This document shows positions 27,101 through 39,461 of a stretch of 64,000 bases of DNA, in pieces. Made by a program: the position numbers and the translations under genes. This DNA is from Dimorphilus gyrociliatus (Eukaryota; Animalia; Annelida), in the NCBI GenBank assembly GCA_904063045.1, contig CAJFCJ010000008.1, positions 930,001-994,000 on the forward strand, read 5' to 3'. The stretch's first letter is position 1. Every line of letters begins with the position of its first letter. Below the pieces are notes generated by a model. The model searched no databases and was not told the DNA's origin. It saw only the letters and a program-made list of their open reading frames with translations.

Positions 27101-29202
27101 AATTCTCTTCGTTTCTTTTCTGCGTATTCTCTTTCTTTTTCTCGCGCAATTAAAATTGCAGAACTACTTGCTGACTTTTCATAAGATGAATTTGAGTGTT
27201 TATCAGATTTTTCCGATCTAAAACTATTTGAGCAATTAGACTTCTTTTCGAATGAATCTCTCTCTTCTAACGTAGAATCTTCCTCTATTTGTCTTTCTAT
27301 TTCTAACTTTTTTCGATATGCTTCATCCCTCTCTCTGTCTAAGGTTTCTTGTAAATTTCTCATTTCAATAGCATCTTTTTCTTTCTGCTTTCTTAACATT
27401 TCTTCTTGTTCTCTCAACTGTCTTTCGCGCTCTGTCAAAAACCTAACCCTCTCTGAGAGTAGTGTAGGATCACTGAAAGCATGGCTCAAGTTATACTCTC
27501 TGGAAGGGGAGTAAACTTCGGAGCTCTTAGAGTTTCGCATAGGACTCTCGTATCGCATTCTGTCAAGTTGACGAGTTAGTACCGAGTGAGCAGTTCCGAA
27601 TGCAGAAAAAGGTTCTCGTGATAGAGGCGTCAAATGTATAGAAGATAATTCTGAAGGTGGTGGTGATTTTCTGGTACTTCGTTCAACTATTTCAGCCTCT
27701 TGCAAATATCCGTAAGCTTGCCTTGGAGGAGACTCTTTCTTTATCAAGTCGCTCAAAGTTTCTGATACAGAAGTTTGATTTAAATAGTTTGAAGAGAAAC
27801 TATCGCTATATCTAGGGGATTGGAAAGCTGCTAAGCCATTTTCAATATCATGCAAATCTTTTTCAAGAGAGCTATAACGACTGTTTCGAAGTTGGTTCGG
27901 TGACGTTGGAAGTGTTGTCCTAGTTGTATTAGAGGAGCCCATGGGTACAGATACAGAATAACTAGAATCTGTTGATTTATTACCAAATTTGCGTAATATT
28001 CTTTTTACATCTTCGCTAACAATCTCATCTGAAATAGATGTTCGATCAGAATCTGAATCCAGCATTGTTGAATTTTTCAGCTGATTTGGAAGATCCTTGT
28101 AAGATGTACTTGTTTCACTCCGGTTTGTTGCATGCATTGGAGAAGAAAGTTGGCTGCTGTTATTGCTTATATTCGAGACTGAAATGAACAAATCATCTGT
28201 ATAACGAGTTCTTGGTGGTGTCTTTTCAGACGACATGTCTTCATATTGTAGACCAGAATCATTTAAAACAGTTCCACTTTTGGAACTTTCCGAAGACTGT
28301 TTCTTCTCAGAATTTGTGCTACACAAACCAGAATCAGCCTTATATTGCGCATCATTTGTCACACGCGAAAGTGGTAAATCATTCATGCCATCAAAATTAA
28401 TTAGATCTGGTTCATCCTTTGTTGAAAAATATGATGAAGGATTTTTCTTTTCATAATTCTCAAAATTTTTCTCTTTCTGGTACGAGTACTGGGATCTCTC
28501 TTGGGGTGGTATATAATCTACATGTGAGGCAAATGGAGAAGATCCAGCTCCCGAGAGTCGTTCAAAGGCAGAAGAATCGGAGGTTTTTATTTTCCAAGCG
28601 TTTTCCATCTCTCCTGTATTAGATTTATCGTCAGTGTCTCTTTCAAAAGGAGTAGATCTCCTTGATGTAGATGACGAAGATGTTGTTACAACAAAGCCTA
28701 CAAAAGTTGAAAGGCTAAATTTATTTTCAACATAAAAAAATGCTAACCTGTTTCTACACGAATATCTTCAGCGGCCGTTTTAAGAGCATCAATAGATAGA
28801 TCTTGAGCAGCTTTTTGAATTTCTTAGATGTGAAATAAAATAAATTCAAAAATAATCATCTAACAATTAGTGAAAAACTAACCATCTCTTTGGTACTTTG
28901 AACTAGTTTGAGCAATGCCCTGCAGATAATGAGAAAGTTTTGAATTTGTTTAATACTTTAAACATTGAGAACAATTACCAAATCTTCGCTTGGTAACTCA
29001 TATTCATTTTTTGACGTCATTATATTTTCTTTTGATTTGTTTGTGAAGCAATCCTGAAAGATCAAAATAATTTAGTTAACCCGCAAAATATATTCGACAA
29101 GCCAAAACATGTCTCAAGTTAATAAATCTGCACAACTATAAAATCAAAAATATTTTAATATTAAGAATGACATCTTAAAATGCGAACATCTTTGGAATCC
29201 AT
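24151..29202 (-). CDS. ALMS1: ALMS1-like centrosomal protein (about 1,500 aa, C-terminal ALMS motif); start exon tentative
   Basis: ORFs 28608-26947, 26714-26127 and 25926-24151 join in frame through GT-AG introns. C-terminus TLQDAF...IEERRK...LYKTLPEI...RRRAEAKRNKLRAQIFKQKVL matches the ALMS motif. Orthology versus C10orf90/CEP295 not tested. Confidence 0.8.
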
Positions 29203-29436
29203 CTTTCAAAGTTTCTTATAGTCGAATATGTTGTTAATATAGACCTTTCCCAGTATTTATGTTTGAAATCTGTGCTCAGCCATGTTTGTTTCGAGCGAAA
29301 AATATTATTCGTGTTTACCGGTTTATTTTACAGTGACCGGTTCGTTTCGACGGGAACCGATGAACGTTATTCGGAAACGGAAATGTTAAGTTATCATCCA
29401 TCTCGTGAAATAGACAGTGATAGTACTTCATAAAAT

Positions 29437-32400
29437 ATGTCAGAAAACGGCCCAGGAAAAATAAGAAGAGACAAGGCCAGGACAATAGGAAAGCCTTACT
29501 CTTCTGAAAAGGTACTAAATAATCAGTTAAAAATTTATCAATAATTCGACATTAGTTACGCGCACATGTTGATCCGCCATTTTTTCTGCTTTATTTTAAA
29601 TCTTAATTGAAATTTCGTCGTTCATCCAATGGTTTAACTATGACTTGTATATGCAGTGTTAATCTAATTTAGAAAATAACTTCCAGGTTTTCTATATTTT
29701 TTGTATATTGGATGTTTAAGCTTAGTTATAGATCATCATTGATGAATTGTATACTACACATAGAAACGTCCTTTTATATTTTACATTCGCAGTGAAACCA
29801 AATAATTTAATGCATATTCCAGAGTCTAATTGGAAGGGTGAAAGATCGTGTAAAAAACATGTTCTCTTCGAGTATATGGGGACAAGGTCAGGATATTTTA
29901 AAACCATCGTTCCTTGGCGCTCTCAATACTAATTCACAAGGATCTAGCGATTCTGTAGAGAGAAAGTCCGATGACCACATTGTTATCAGTGATTCCATTC
30001 CGACTGCTTCGGAGATATCTCTGCCATTAAAATCTAATAATGTACTATCAATGGCATCAGTTTCCTCTCAAGCTCAGAATATTGCAGCAACGCCAATTTT
30101 TCCTCGAGGTAAATATAACAAATCCACTCTTTTTGATTGCAGATTTAAATAATGAAATATTTCAGAAGCTGTTTCGGTATTTCCAAGAAAGCTGAATTCT
30201 ATCTCACCTCTGGATAATTTGCGAGCAGTTGATAACAACAAGAGAAGCTTCGATCCACAATCGACGCTTCAATTGACGAAACCTCAGCTTAACTCGTCAT
30301 TGTTCTCTGAAGTAAGATAGCTAAATTTATCGTCCTCCTGAAAATAAACAAGAATTTTTACAGGGTGCAGGAAAGCAAGCTGATTTGGCTCCAAAGTCAC
30401 CTTTTTATCCCGGAAATACAACGTTTGGAGGTGCAAGCTCCGTTATCGGTTCGTATTATCCTGCACCATATTCGGTAAGTTATAAGATAAGTCTTTTTAG
30501 TCTAGACTAAATAAAATTATTTATAATAGAAAACTCCTATTCGGCGGAAAGTACAAGCGAAGCATATGTCATCTGTTGCAAAGAATAACTCGAAAAGCTT
30601 AGTTACAAGTTCGACTGCAAAAAGAATATTAGAGACACTGGAAAATATGTCCAGCCCGGTGACTGTAAGTTTTATGCTCTATAATATCTATCATTATTGG
30701 ATTTGTTATACTTTCTACACAGAATGCTAAGAAAATCCCCGTATACAATGACCCTGGTAGCTTGACTTTCACGGTTTGTAATAATTTAATTCATTTGAAC
30801 ACTCAAAAACTTGTACAAAAAATATTCTTTTAGCCGGCTGCCTACAGTCGCAGAGCCAGATCAAGATACAGTTTAGATGTAAGGCCTAATTTCGATAATA
30901 TATTTGATAAAATATTCCAATAATGATTGATTTTAACAGAACGGTCCGCCTGTATCAAGTAGAATTTCATCCAAGTTAAATACGACAACTGATGGCACGT
31001 TATCCATTGATAATTTGAGTGATAAACCTATGACATCGAATAAAGTTTTATCCTCTGAACATACAACATTGACAACAAAGCCCTTTTCTATGGATGAGTC
31101 TGCTTTAAAAAATATTGATAAAACGGAAACAGTATGTATTAGAAATTAGCAACCATTCTTTGTTGTACTCTAAAGTCTTTACTTTTTTGAAGATTGTTCA
31201 AGAGCCACCCTCAAATAGCCTCAAGATGAAAACAAAAATATCCGCACACGCTCATTATTCTGCTAAACCTGCAGATAGCAATCCAGACTATAGCTTATCA
31301 ACTGCAGTTACATTGGATATTAAAGCATTACCAAAATTTGATTTTAAGAATTCAACTGCTCCTTTATCCGAAGCTGAACAGCAGCCCAAAAGGAAACAAG
31401 ACGAAAGCTCGGGTAATGATACAGACAGTAAAAAACCAAAAATCTTACCTGAAGTTTGTGAACAAAAACCGGTACCTTCATTTGAGTCTATATTTAAAGA
31501 CTGTCAAAAAACAACTGTTGTTAAGAAACCATTACCTACTCCTGAACCAAGTGCAACAAAGGATAATACAAAGTTTTCTTTTGCTCCTGGAGTAAAACCA
31601 TCAAATTCTTTAACTAATGCTGTTGATGTGTCTCTGAAAGAAGTAGGTGATTTCCAGTTTAATCGTGGAATAAGTCCGATTAGAGCATCACTAAGCTCCA
31701 GTCTTCGGATCCGTTCGGTTACGAAAAGAAAAAGTGATGACGCAAATGAAAAAAGCACACACAGCAGTGACAATTTATCAAATTCATCTAACATTAAATC
31801 TCCTTATATAACATCGATTGAATATATTGTATCTGAGGTAAGGAATTAATCTTATTGACTTTCAATTTTGTTAATTACACGTTTTTTCAAAGGTACCCTC
31901 AAAACCCGTAAGTTCTCCGTCTGTTTTACCTTCCAAAAAGAGTGAAAGTACCTTAGAGTCACACCAGTCGCTCTCAGTTCCAACAGGCAAAACACAAACT
32001 AGCTCTATTAATTTTGGCTCCAAAGAATCATCTAACACTGAAAAAAGCTCACTGAATAAGGATACCGAAACTTCCTGCAATACCTCTATATTTTCGAAAG
32101 ACAGTAATGCATCTAGTACAGAACCTGTTCCTCTGTCAGCTTTATTTAAGAAGAAAGAGAACACTTGGAACTGCTCTGTTTGTATGGTGAATAATCAGGA
32201 TGATTTGTTGAATTGTGCGTCATGTAGTGAACCTAAACCAGGAACAAGCAAGGAATCGTCTGGTTTTAATCCAAACACATCCATTAAATTTTCTTCCTTT
32301 TTACAATCTGATGATAAAAAAGTATCTAAAACAGACGAAAAAACACCCTCAGTGGTCGTTAATCAAGCTGGGGGTTTCAAAATAGCCCCATTCAAACCCG

Positions 32401-34376
32401 AAGAAAAGAAAGAGAAGTCTGTAGAAGAGAGAAGTGAAGAAACATCTAAAGAGAAGCCAACAGAAGAAAAACCTTCAAATACCCCCGCTGCAGACACCTC
32501 TTTAGCAACCTTATTTAAAAAAACTGACGTTTGGAGGTGTCCCAGTTGTGACATTGAAAATAAAAATGACGTTACAAGCTGTGTTTGTTGTGGTGATTCT
32601 AAGCCGGGATCTAAAAATACTGACTCGAATTTGAAGAGTGATTCAGGGTTAAAATTTTCATTTCTTGAATCATCAAATAAGACTGATAACTCAAATACAC
32701 CCGCTAAATCTGCTTCTACACTGGTATTGAACGAAACTGGTGGTTTTAAATTTTCCGCTTCATTGCCATCTACTGAATCCTCATCATTGGAAACAAGCAA
32801 AAAACCAGAGGCTCCTGGTAAGTTTTGTCTCAAACCTTGTTTATGAATAAAGTTTGCATAATGATATTTTATCTAGCATCAAATGCCATCTCAACTGCGT
32901 TTGGTGAATCATCGGCAAAGAAATCTTCAAGCCCATTTGTTTTTGGTCAAACATCGACAGCCACTGCAACACCACCGACCTTTGTATTTGGTCAACAATC
33001 AACTAAGCCATCAGAGTCGTCTGGTATAGCCTTCGGCCAACCAATCACTTCTGTGTCAACATCAGCTTTTGGTCAGCCCTCATCCGCTACTACTTCCTCT
33101 TCTGTACCGTTTCTACAATCACCAATTTCAGCTGCAAGTTCCTCAACCTTTCAGTTTAATGTTGGTGGTTTGAAATCAACTAGTAGTTCCAGTAAGTTCA
33201 AAAGAATGACAATAAAGAATTCTACATATGATTTTACTAACAGGCCCAGCCTTAGCTACAATTTCAGCTACGTCCTCAGCTCCAAAGGTTACTTCAACTT
33301 TTTCTTTTGGAAAACCTCCAGCAGCCTCAACAAGTGAGTCCGAAATAAGTGGAGGAAAAAAAGTCGATTTATTTCAATTCACAGGTTCTGGAGATTCGTC
33401 AACTAAAAGTACATGTAAGTTGCAGTCTTTCTAAAATAAGCGTTGACTAATCTGAATTCCTGTAGCTGGATTTACATTTGGAAAGAGCCCAGCACCTGTA
33501 AATAGCTCAAGTACAACAAAGAGCGAGCCTTTTCAATTTAACACATTACCAACAAGTTCGCTGTCTTCAGGCCCATCATTTACTCCTCCCACCTTTGGTA
33601 CTCCCAAAGCAGGAGGATTTGAAGCCCCAAAATCAACAACTGCAAGCGGTAAAAGTTAATTTACTTCAGAGTTTATAATTTTTAAATGCCAACATTGATA
33701 GTTTCAGCATCTGCTCCATTTACATTTGGACAAACAACATCATTTGGTTCTGATTCAAATAAATTTGGAGGTTTTAATAAAGGTAAAAAGAATTATAAAA
33801 ATTTGCTCAACACTAATTCAATATTTGTCAGGAGCCACCACTTCGGCGTCATCGAACAGTTTTACATTCGGCTCACCAGCGACTTCCGCCTCAACATTTG
33901 GCGGTAGTAATAATCCACCTGCGAATCAGTTTAACTTTGGCGCGCAACAACCTTTAAATCAAAATAATGGAGGGGCAGGAGTTTTCCAATTTTCAGCTGT
34001 AAGTGCAACCTTAAGTTAAGTAAATTGTAAGACATTTTATTTTACTATTAGCAAACAAACAACGTTAATGGAGTGCAACAACCGTCGGCACCTAGCAACA
34101 ATCAAGGTTTCAACTTCCAAGCAGCCCCTTCTACCCCGAGTTTTAACTTTGGACAACAAGCTCCTCAAAATACATCAAACTTTCAATTTTCGTAAGTTTA
34201 AAAGTAACTACACTGAACTTTAATCTTATAAATATATTTTTTACAGTGGCAACGCCCCGCCATCAAATAATAATATGAATAATTTACCTTCGACACTGAA
34301 TCCGTTTAGTGCAAGTCCCTCAGTTGGTGGAAAACGACAAATTAAGAAAGCAACGAGAAAATTACCGAGAAAATAA
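29437..34376 (+). CDS. NUP153: Nucleoporin Nup153, multi-exon
   Basis: GKIRR..KPY N-terminus, FYPGNTTFGGA, STAKRILETLENMSSP, two RanBP2 zinc fingers (WNC..C, WRC..C), FG/FxFG repeats, basic tail KRQIKKATRK. Confidence 0.95.
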
Positions 34377-35404
34377 GCTTTGGTATATTGAAGTTATACT
34401 TGTATCTAATGAATATGCTCTCCCTCATCTCTATTGTTTGGTGAGCAGTCTCAAAGTTTCAATGATTATGATTATGTAAATTTTATGTACACTAATTGAC
34501 TGAATCAACTGACTTCGATTTATATCTCAATCACTGCAACTTTGAGTCTACGTATATATATAGCTACTAGCAAGTGCAACCAACGTTTAAAATATGTTAT
34601 CATTTGACTATTACTATAAAAAAAAGCATGTGACTGGAATACTTAACAAGAGTTCATAAAAAAAATATGGTGCGTTCCAGACAGATGCTTCGGCCAACTT
34701 ATGCATTTCGGTCCTGTGTGCATTTCTACGTTTTTAGCCAATGAAAGTAGGTTTTTTGTACACTTTTTTGTAAATAGAAACGTTTTACTTGTGAAAAATT
34801 AATGTACTGTGAAAAAAACTGTGATGAACATGCAGCCAGGACCCGATAATATAAAATATCATGCAATACATTGTGTCAGTAAAGAAGTTTAGGAAGACTT
34901 TTTTGACCTTAAGATTCTTATTAAAATTTTTTAAACTAAAAATTAAACAGAGTATTTGAAAATAATAATAACCAGCGCAACACTTGAACAGTTAATTAAT
35001 GTGTTACAAAATAAAAATGTATTGTTTTCCTTCACAGGCATTCCATCTAAACTTTCACACAATTACAATCAGGATATGATTTTAAAAAATAAAAAAACTC
35101 ATTTCAGTATCGCGCGTCATATACGTAACGTCATAAGGCAAAAAAATCACACGTACACAGAAAAAGAATTGTCTACGGAGAAGATTTAAATTGTCCGACG
35201 TGAAAATAAACTTGATTAGATCCCCGTCCTTCTTATGCGTCTCCAATTTACGTATAAAGTGACACGGCAGAAAAAATGATAAGCATGTATACATATCATA
35301 TACGTTCTTAATAATTATATACACCTAATAGATAATAAATGTATGAAGAAACGGCGGAAAATGTTGATGAGTTATGACGCGTCCAAAAATCGCCGTCCAT
35401 TCGT

Positions 35405-37439
35405 TTATCGAGCGACTGTAAATGAAAAAAAAATTCATTGTAAAAGATTGTTTTCTTATGCGTAATTAAAAAAAGACCTTGACATATAAAAATTTGCTAA
35501 ACTTTTTTCATTTTGTTACTATATGTATAATTCATAACCTCAACGTAATGATCTAGTAAGACATCTAATACTCTAAAATTCTTACCCGGTGTTCCCACGG
35601 CCTGACTACTGGCGTTGGCTGCTGCCTGTGCTGCTTTCTGCTTGAGCATCGTCCAGTCGAATGTGTAATCGTACTGGTGATTCAGTGTGCGGAAAAGAAT
35701 TCTAAACAGCTGCCGTAGATACATATAATCAGGGGCCTCCTCAAATCTCAAACCCCTGCAGTAGTTTAGGTACATGGCGAATTCTGCTGGAAATCCTTTG
35801 CACAAAACCTCAACAGGCGTTGACATTTTCTTTTCGCTGATTTTCTCGTACTTTTGCTTCTTTGTTCCGGCTTTAAGGCCTTGCCACGGAAGAGATCCGC
35901 GATTGAAATACATCAATACGTAACCTAATGATTCCATATCATCACGTCGGGATTGTTCGATGCCTAGATGGGCATTTATAGACGCGTATCTCGCTGTTCC
36001 AGTCAGATTTTTGTCTTCCCTATAAGGAATGTGTTGCCTGGTACGACTATCCCGATATTTTTTCGCCAGACCGAAGTCGATAAGAAACACTTTATTACAG
36101 TGTCGTCCTATTCCCATTAGGAAGTTATCCGGTTTGATGTCTCGGTGAATAAAATTTTTATTGTGCACGTATTCAATACGGCCTATCATCTATCGGTGAA
36201 AACAAAACGCTTTAATCAATACCTCTTCTAACGCTTCGATTTAATTCATTACCTGATCGGCTAACATCAAAACCGTTTTCATAGTAAATCGTCTGGAGCA
36301 GAAATTGAATAGGTCTTCTAAACTAGGACCTAATAAATCCATAACCAATACGTTATAATCCCTTTCTTGCCCATACCATCTGTTTAACAATAGCAAATTT
36401 TTAAAATTTAACCACGCCCTTTCATACAGAGAAAAACGCTTCTACAATTATTTACGCAAGGGAAATAAAAGATAAGCTCGGCGCCGCTCTATATTCGGAA
36501 ATTAAAATCAATAAATGAACAATTGTGAAATTTACAAAACTCGACAAATTATAGTATTGTAATAATCTAAATAGAAAAATTACTAATATCTAAACTTAAC
36601 TACCCCACCCATAACAGATCAATTCAGACACGCAACAATTAAACTGAAGAAAAAAGTAGGCGATAAATTCAATCGAGCTCTTACTATTACAACGCAAACA
36701 GTAACCAGTCTACGTTGTTGGGTAGAATAACCAGAACAGTAATAATATAATCGCTTGTTTATTTGCCAATGAATGAATTTTTTTAGGCATGAAGCGCCTG
36801 TACCGAAGTCTTGAATTCAGTGCAAAATATCAAAATCAAAATTACATCACTTTTTATCTCTAATCCTAATCTGCTTATTGGAAAGGAACCATGAATCATT
36901 CGACTAAGTGGATTCTCATCTTAAAGAAAGTGAAAGTATGAAGCCCAACTGTGCTATAGATTCATTCAAGAAAAACAGCTGCTACGCGGGTAGCAAAAAG
37001 CAACGTAACGTTAAATATATGAAATACGCAAAAAAAAAGTGATAACATAAAAAGGAAAAAATACGAACCTGATGTGCGGAATCCCAACTCCTCCTTGTAA
37101 AATTTTATACAACTTACTTTCGTAGAGTAGTTGAGGATGCCTGGCTTTGTGCGATTCCAATTTGACCGCCACTTCCTGTTCAGTGAGAGAGAACAAAGGC
37201 TTGTCACAAACAATGTTTATGGAGGTTCGAAATTATTTAGGCCAAATTACTCATTCTAACTCACGATTATGTTAAAAACGCATATTAAAAAAATATAAAA
37301 TAAAACATACCTCGCCATTTGTAATATTTATAGCTAAATAAATATCTCCAAACGATCCACTACCAATTTTCCGTACTAGTCTGTACTTTCCCCCAACACA
37401 AAACTCTGATTTCGGATTACCGCTAGCACTAGCCATCAT
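35405..37439 (-). CDS. CSNK1A1: Casein kinase I alpha; last exon (35415-35405, ...GTPVAR*) tentative
   Basis: Near identity to CK1-alpha: [29 protein letters not shown]|[44 protein letters not shown]. Confidence 0.98.
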
Positions 37440-37554
37440 AAAAATTAGATATGGGCAGAGGTTTCAGCCCAACTTTGGCAAAGAAAAAAACGCTCTCAAC
37501 AAAGAATTCTTGAAATGTTCAAATTTGTCAGTTCGACATCTTGTCTCGTCGTCA

Positions 37555-37576
37555 AATATGGCGCATGCGCATGCGC
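37555..37576. promoter_or_regulatory. Overlapping YY1-type (AATATGGCG) and tandem NRF1-type (GCGCATGCGCATGCGC) sites in the CK1a/ERI1 divergent promoter
   Basis: Exact consensus matches lying between two head-to-head start codons. Confidence 0.7.
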
Positions 37577-37985
37577 AGAAAGACGTTGCATCGAAAGAGG
37601 CATTTAGAGCCATCTGTCTTTCAAAAGTCAACCCTTTGTATTTTTTTTTTGAAATAAAGAAAAGCCGTTTTAAGGAGAAATAACTTTAAAATATTTTTTC
37701 AGTAGGTTCCAAATAATACTCAATTAGACTATCAACTATTTTTTTATTATCTCGTTGCTAAGTTCAAATCTCTTAAAAATTCAAAGTGGAATTAGAAACC
37801 TGATTAAAACTTCCTGTTTATGCAAAAGCAGACGATAAGGTCGTATAGTATGTAATGAATCATAAAACTTAAAGCGAGTGAATTACGAAATCTTCTTGCG
37901 CTCATCTGTAATAATACATTCGATAATTATTTCTCAGTATTTTACAATTAAGATTGGGTAATTGTAACGTTCAGTTGCACGGATA

Positions 37986-39151
37986 ATGAGTTCTCTAAAA
38001 CCTTCCAAAGTGCGAAGGGAAGATGCCGATCCAGATCCATTTATGATAAAAATCAGCCGCAAAAATGGGGAAGTCAACCGAATGAAAATTAGTTCTTTAC
38101 GTAAGAAATTATTTGATAACCACCTAAGTCCCGATGGTGTTGATAAAGTTCTACAAAGACGTCTGAAGAATTACTATAAACGACAGTTGTATGCCGAATC
38201 TCAACGTCAGCTATCTCAACCAACGTTGGATTACATTGTTGTTATAGATTTTGAAGCAACTACAGAAGAAACCAAAGGAAACGATTATCCTCACGAAATA
38301 ATAGAGTTTCCGATTGTCTTAATTGATGTGAAAAGTGCTACTGTTGCTGGTGAATTTCATGAATATGTAAAACCGGTCTTAAATCCGAAATTATCCAAAT
38401 TCTGTAGGACTTTGACTGGAATAAGTCAAAAAAGAATCGACGTTGCTGATGAATTTCCTCAAGTATTTTCCAGAGCAGTAAAATTTTTAGAGGAACGTGT
38501 ATTTGGAACAAGATGGGCAATATTAACGGACGGTAATTAGTTTTGTTTACTAATAAGCTTTATATTAATTGTATCTATGTGACAAAACTATATTTTTTTA
38601 AAATTTTTACAGGTCCATGGGACATGTCAAGGTTCCTATACAAACAGTGTTCGATATCACGTCTTCCATTTCCAAAATGGGCCAGAAAATGGATTAATGT
38701 ACGAAAAGTTCATGCTAACTATTATGCTGTTGGAAAGCCCAAAAAAATAATTTTAATGCTGGAAGATCTAGGAAAGGAATTTGATGGTAGTTTGCATTCT
38801 GGAATAGATGATACTAGAAATATAGCAAGAATAGCCTTAAGTCTTCTAGAAGACGGATGCGATATCGTAACAAATGAGAAACTCCTGGAACCTATAGAAT
38901 ACGATGGACATTGTATAGGAGCCGATTTCAGAAGACAACTCTCCGACGATTTTCAAAGACCTAAAGAAACCAACAGCAAGAATACTATGGAAATTGATCA
39001 CGATACATTATCGAGTTTACATTCCCAAATACAAGGATTAGAAATATCAAAGGATAAAAAGAGAGTAAGAAGAAAAGAAGTTGCACCTGAGAACAATGAC
39101 GATGACGAAGACACTGAAAGTTTGTTGAGATATTTCAGTTTACAAACTTAA
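37986..39151 (+). CDS. ERI1: 3'-5' exoribonuclease ERI1 (SAP-like + DEDDh), 2 exons
   Basis: VIDFEAT, HEIIEFP, TD|GPWD across a short intron, HSGIDD, upstream SAP-like helix LRKKL...KVLQRRLKNYYK. Confidence 0.93.
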
Positions 39152-39461
39152 AGGTGACAGTTTGAACTGTGCTATTTGATTTGATCATGTCAACTTGGAG
39201 TATTTACTAGAAACTTTCGTACATTTAAAAATTAACCATGTTGTAGTTTCTAACAATCGAGCTAAAGATTTATCGATGAAATACAGGTTTCATACATGAC
39301 TTTTGAGAGTATTTCGTTAAAAGAGTATAAAGGGGCGCTTTTAACTTTAGCACACCAGCGCCATCTGTAACTTTGTGCGAACCAAATATTCTATGCGGTG
39401 CTAGTGAGACGCCATATTAGTTTGGCGGCGATTGATCCATAACGGATTTTTTGCAAAGACA

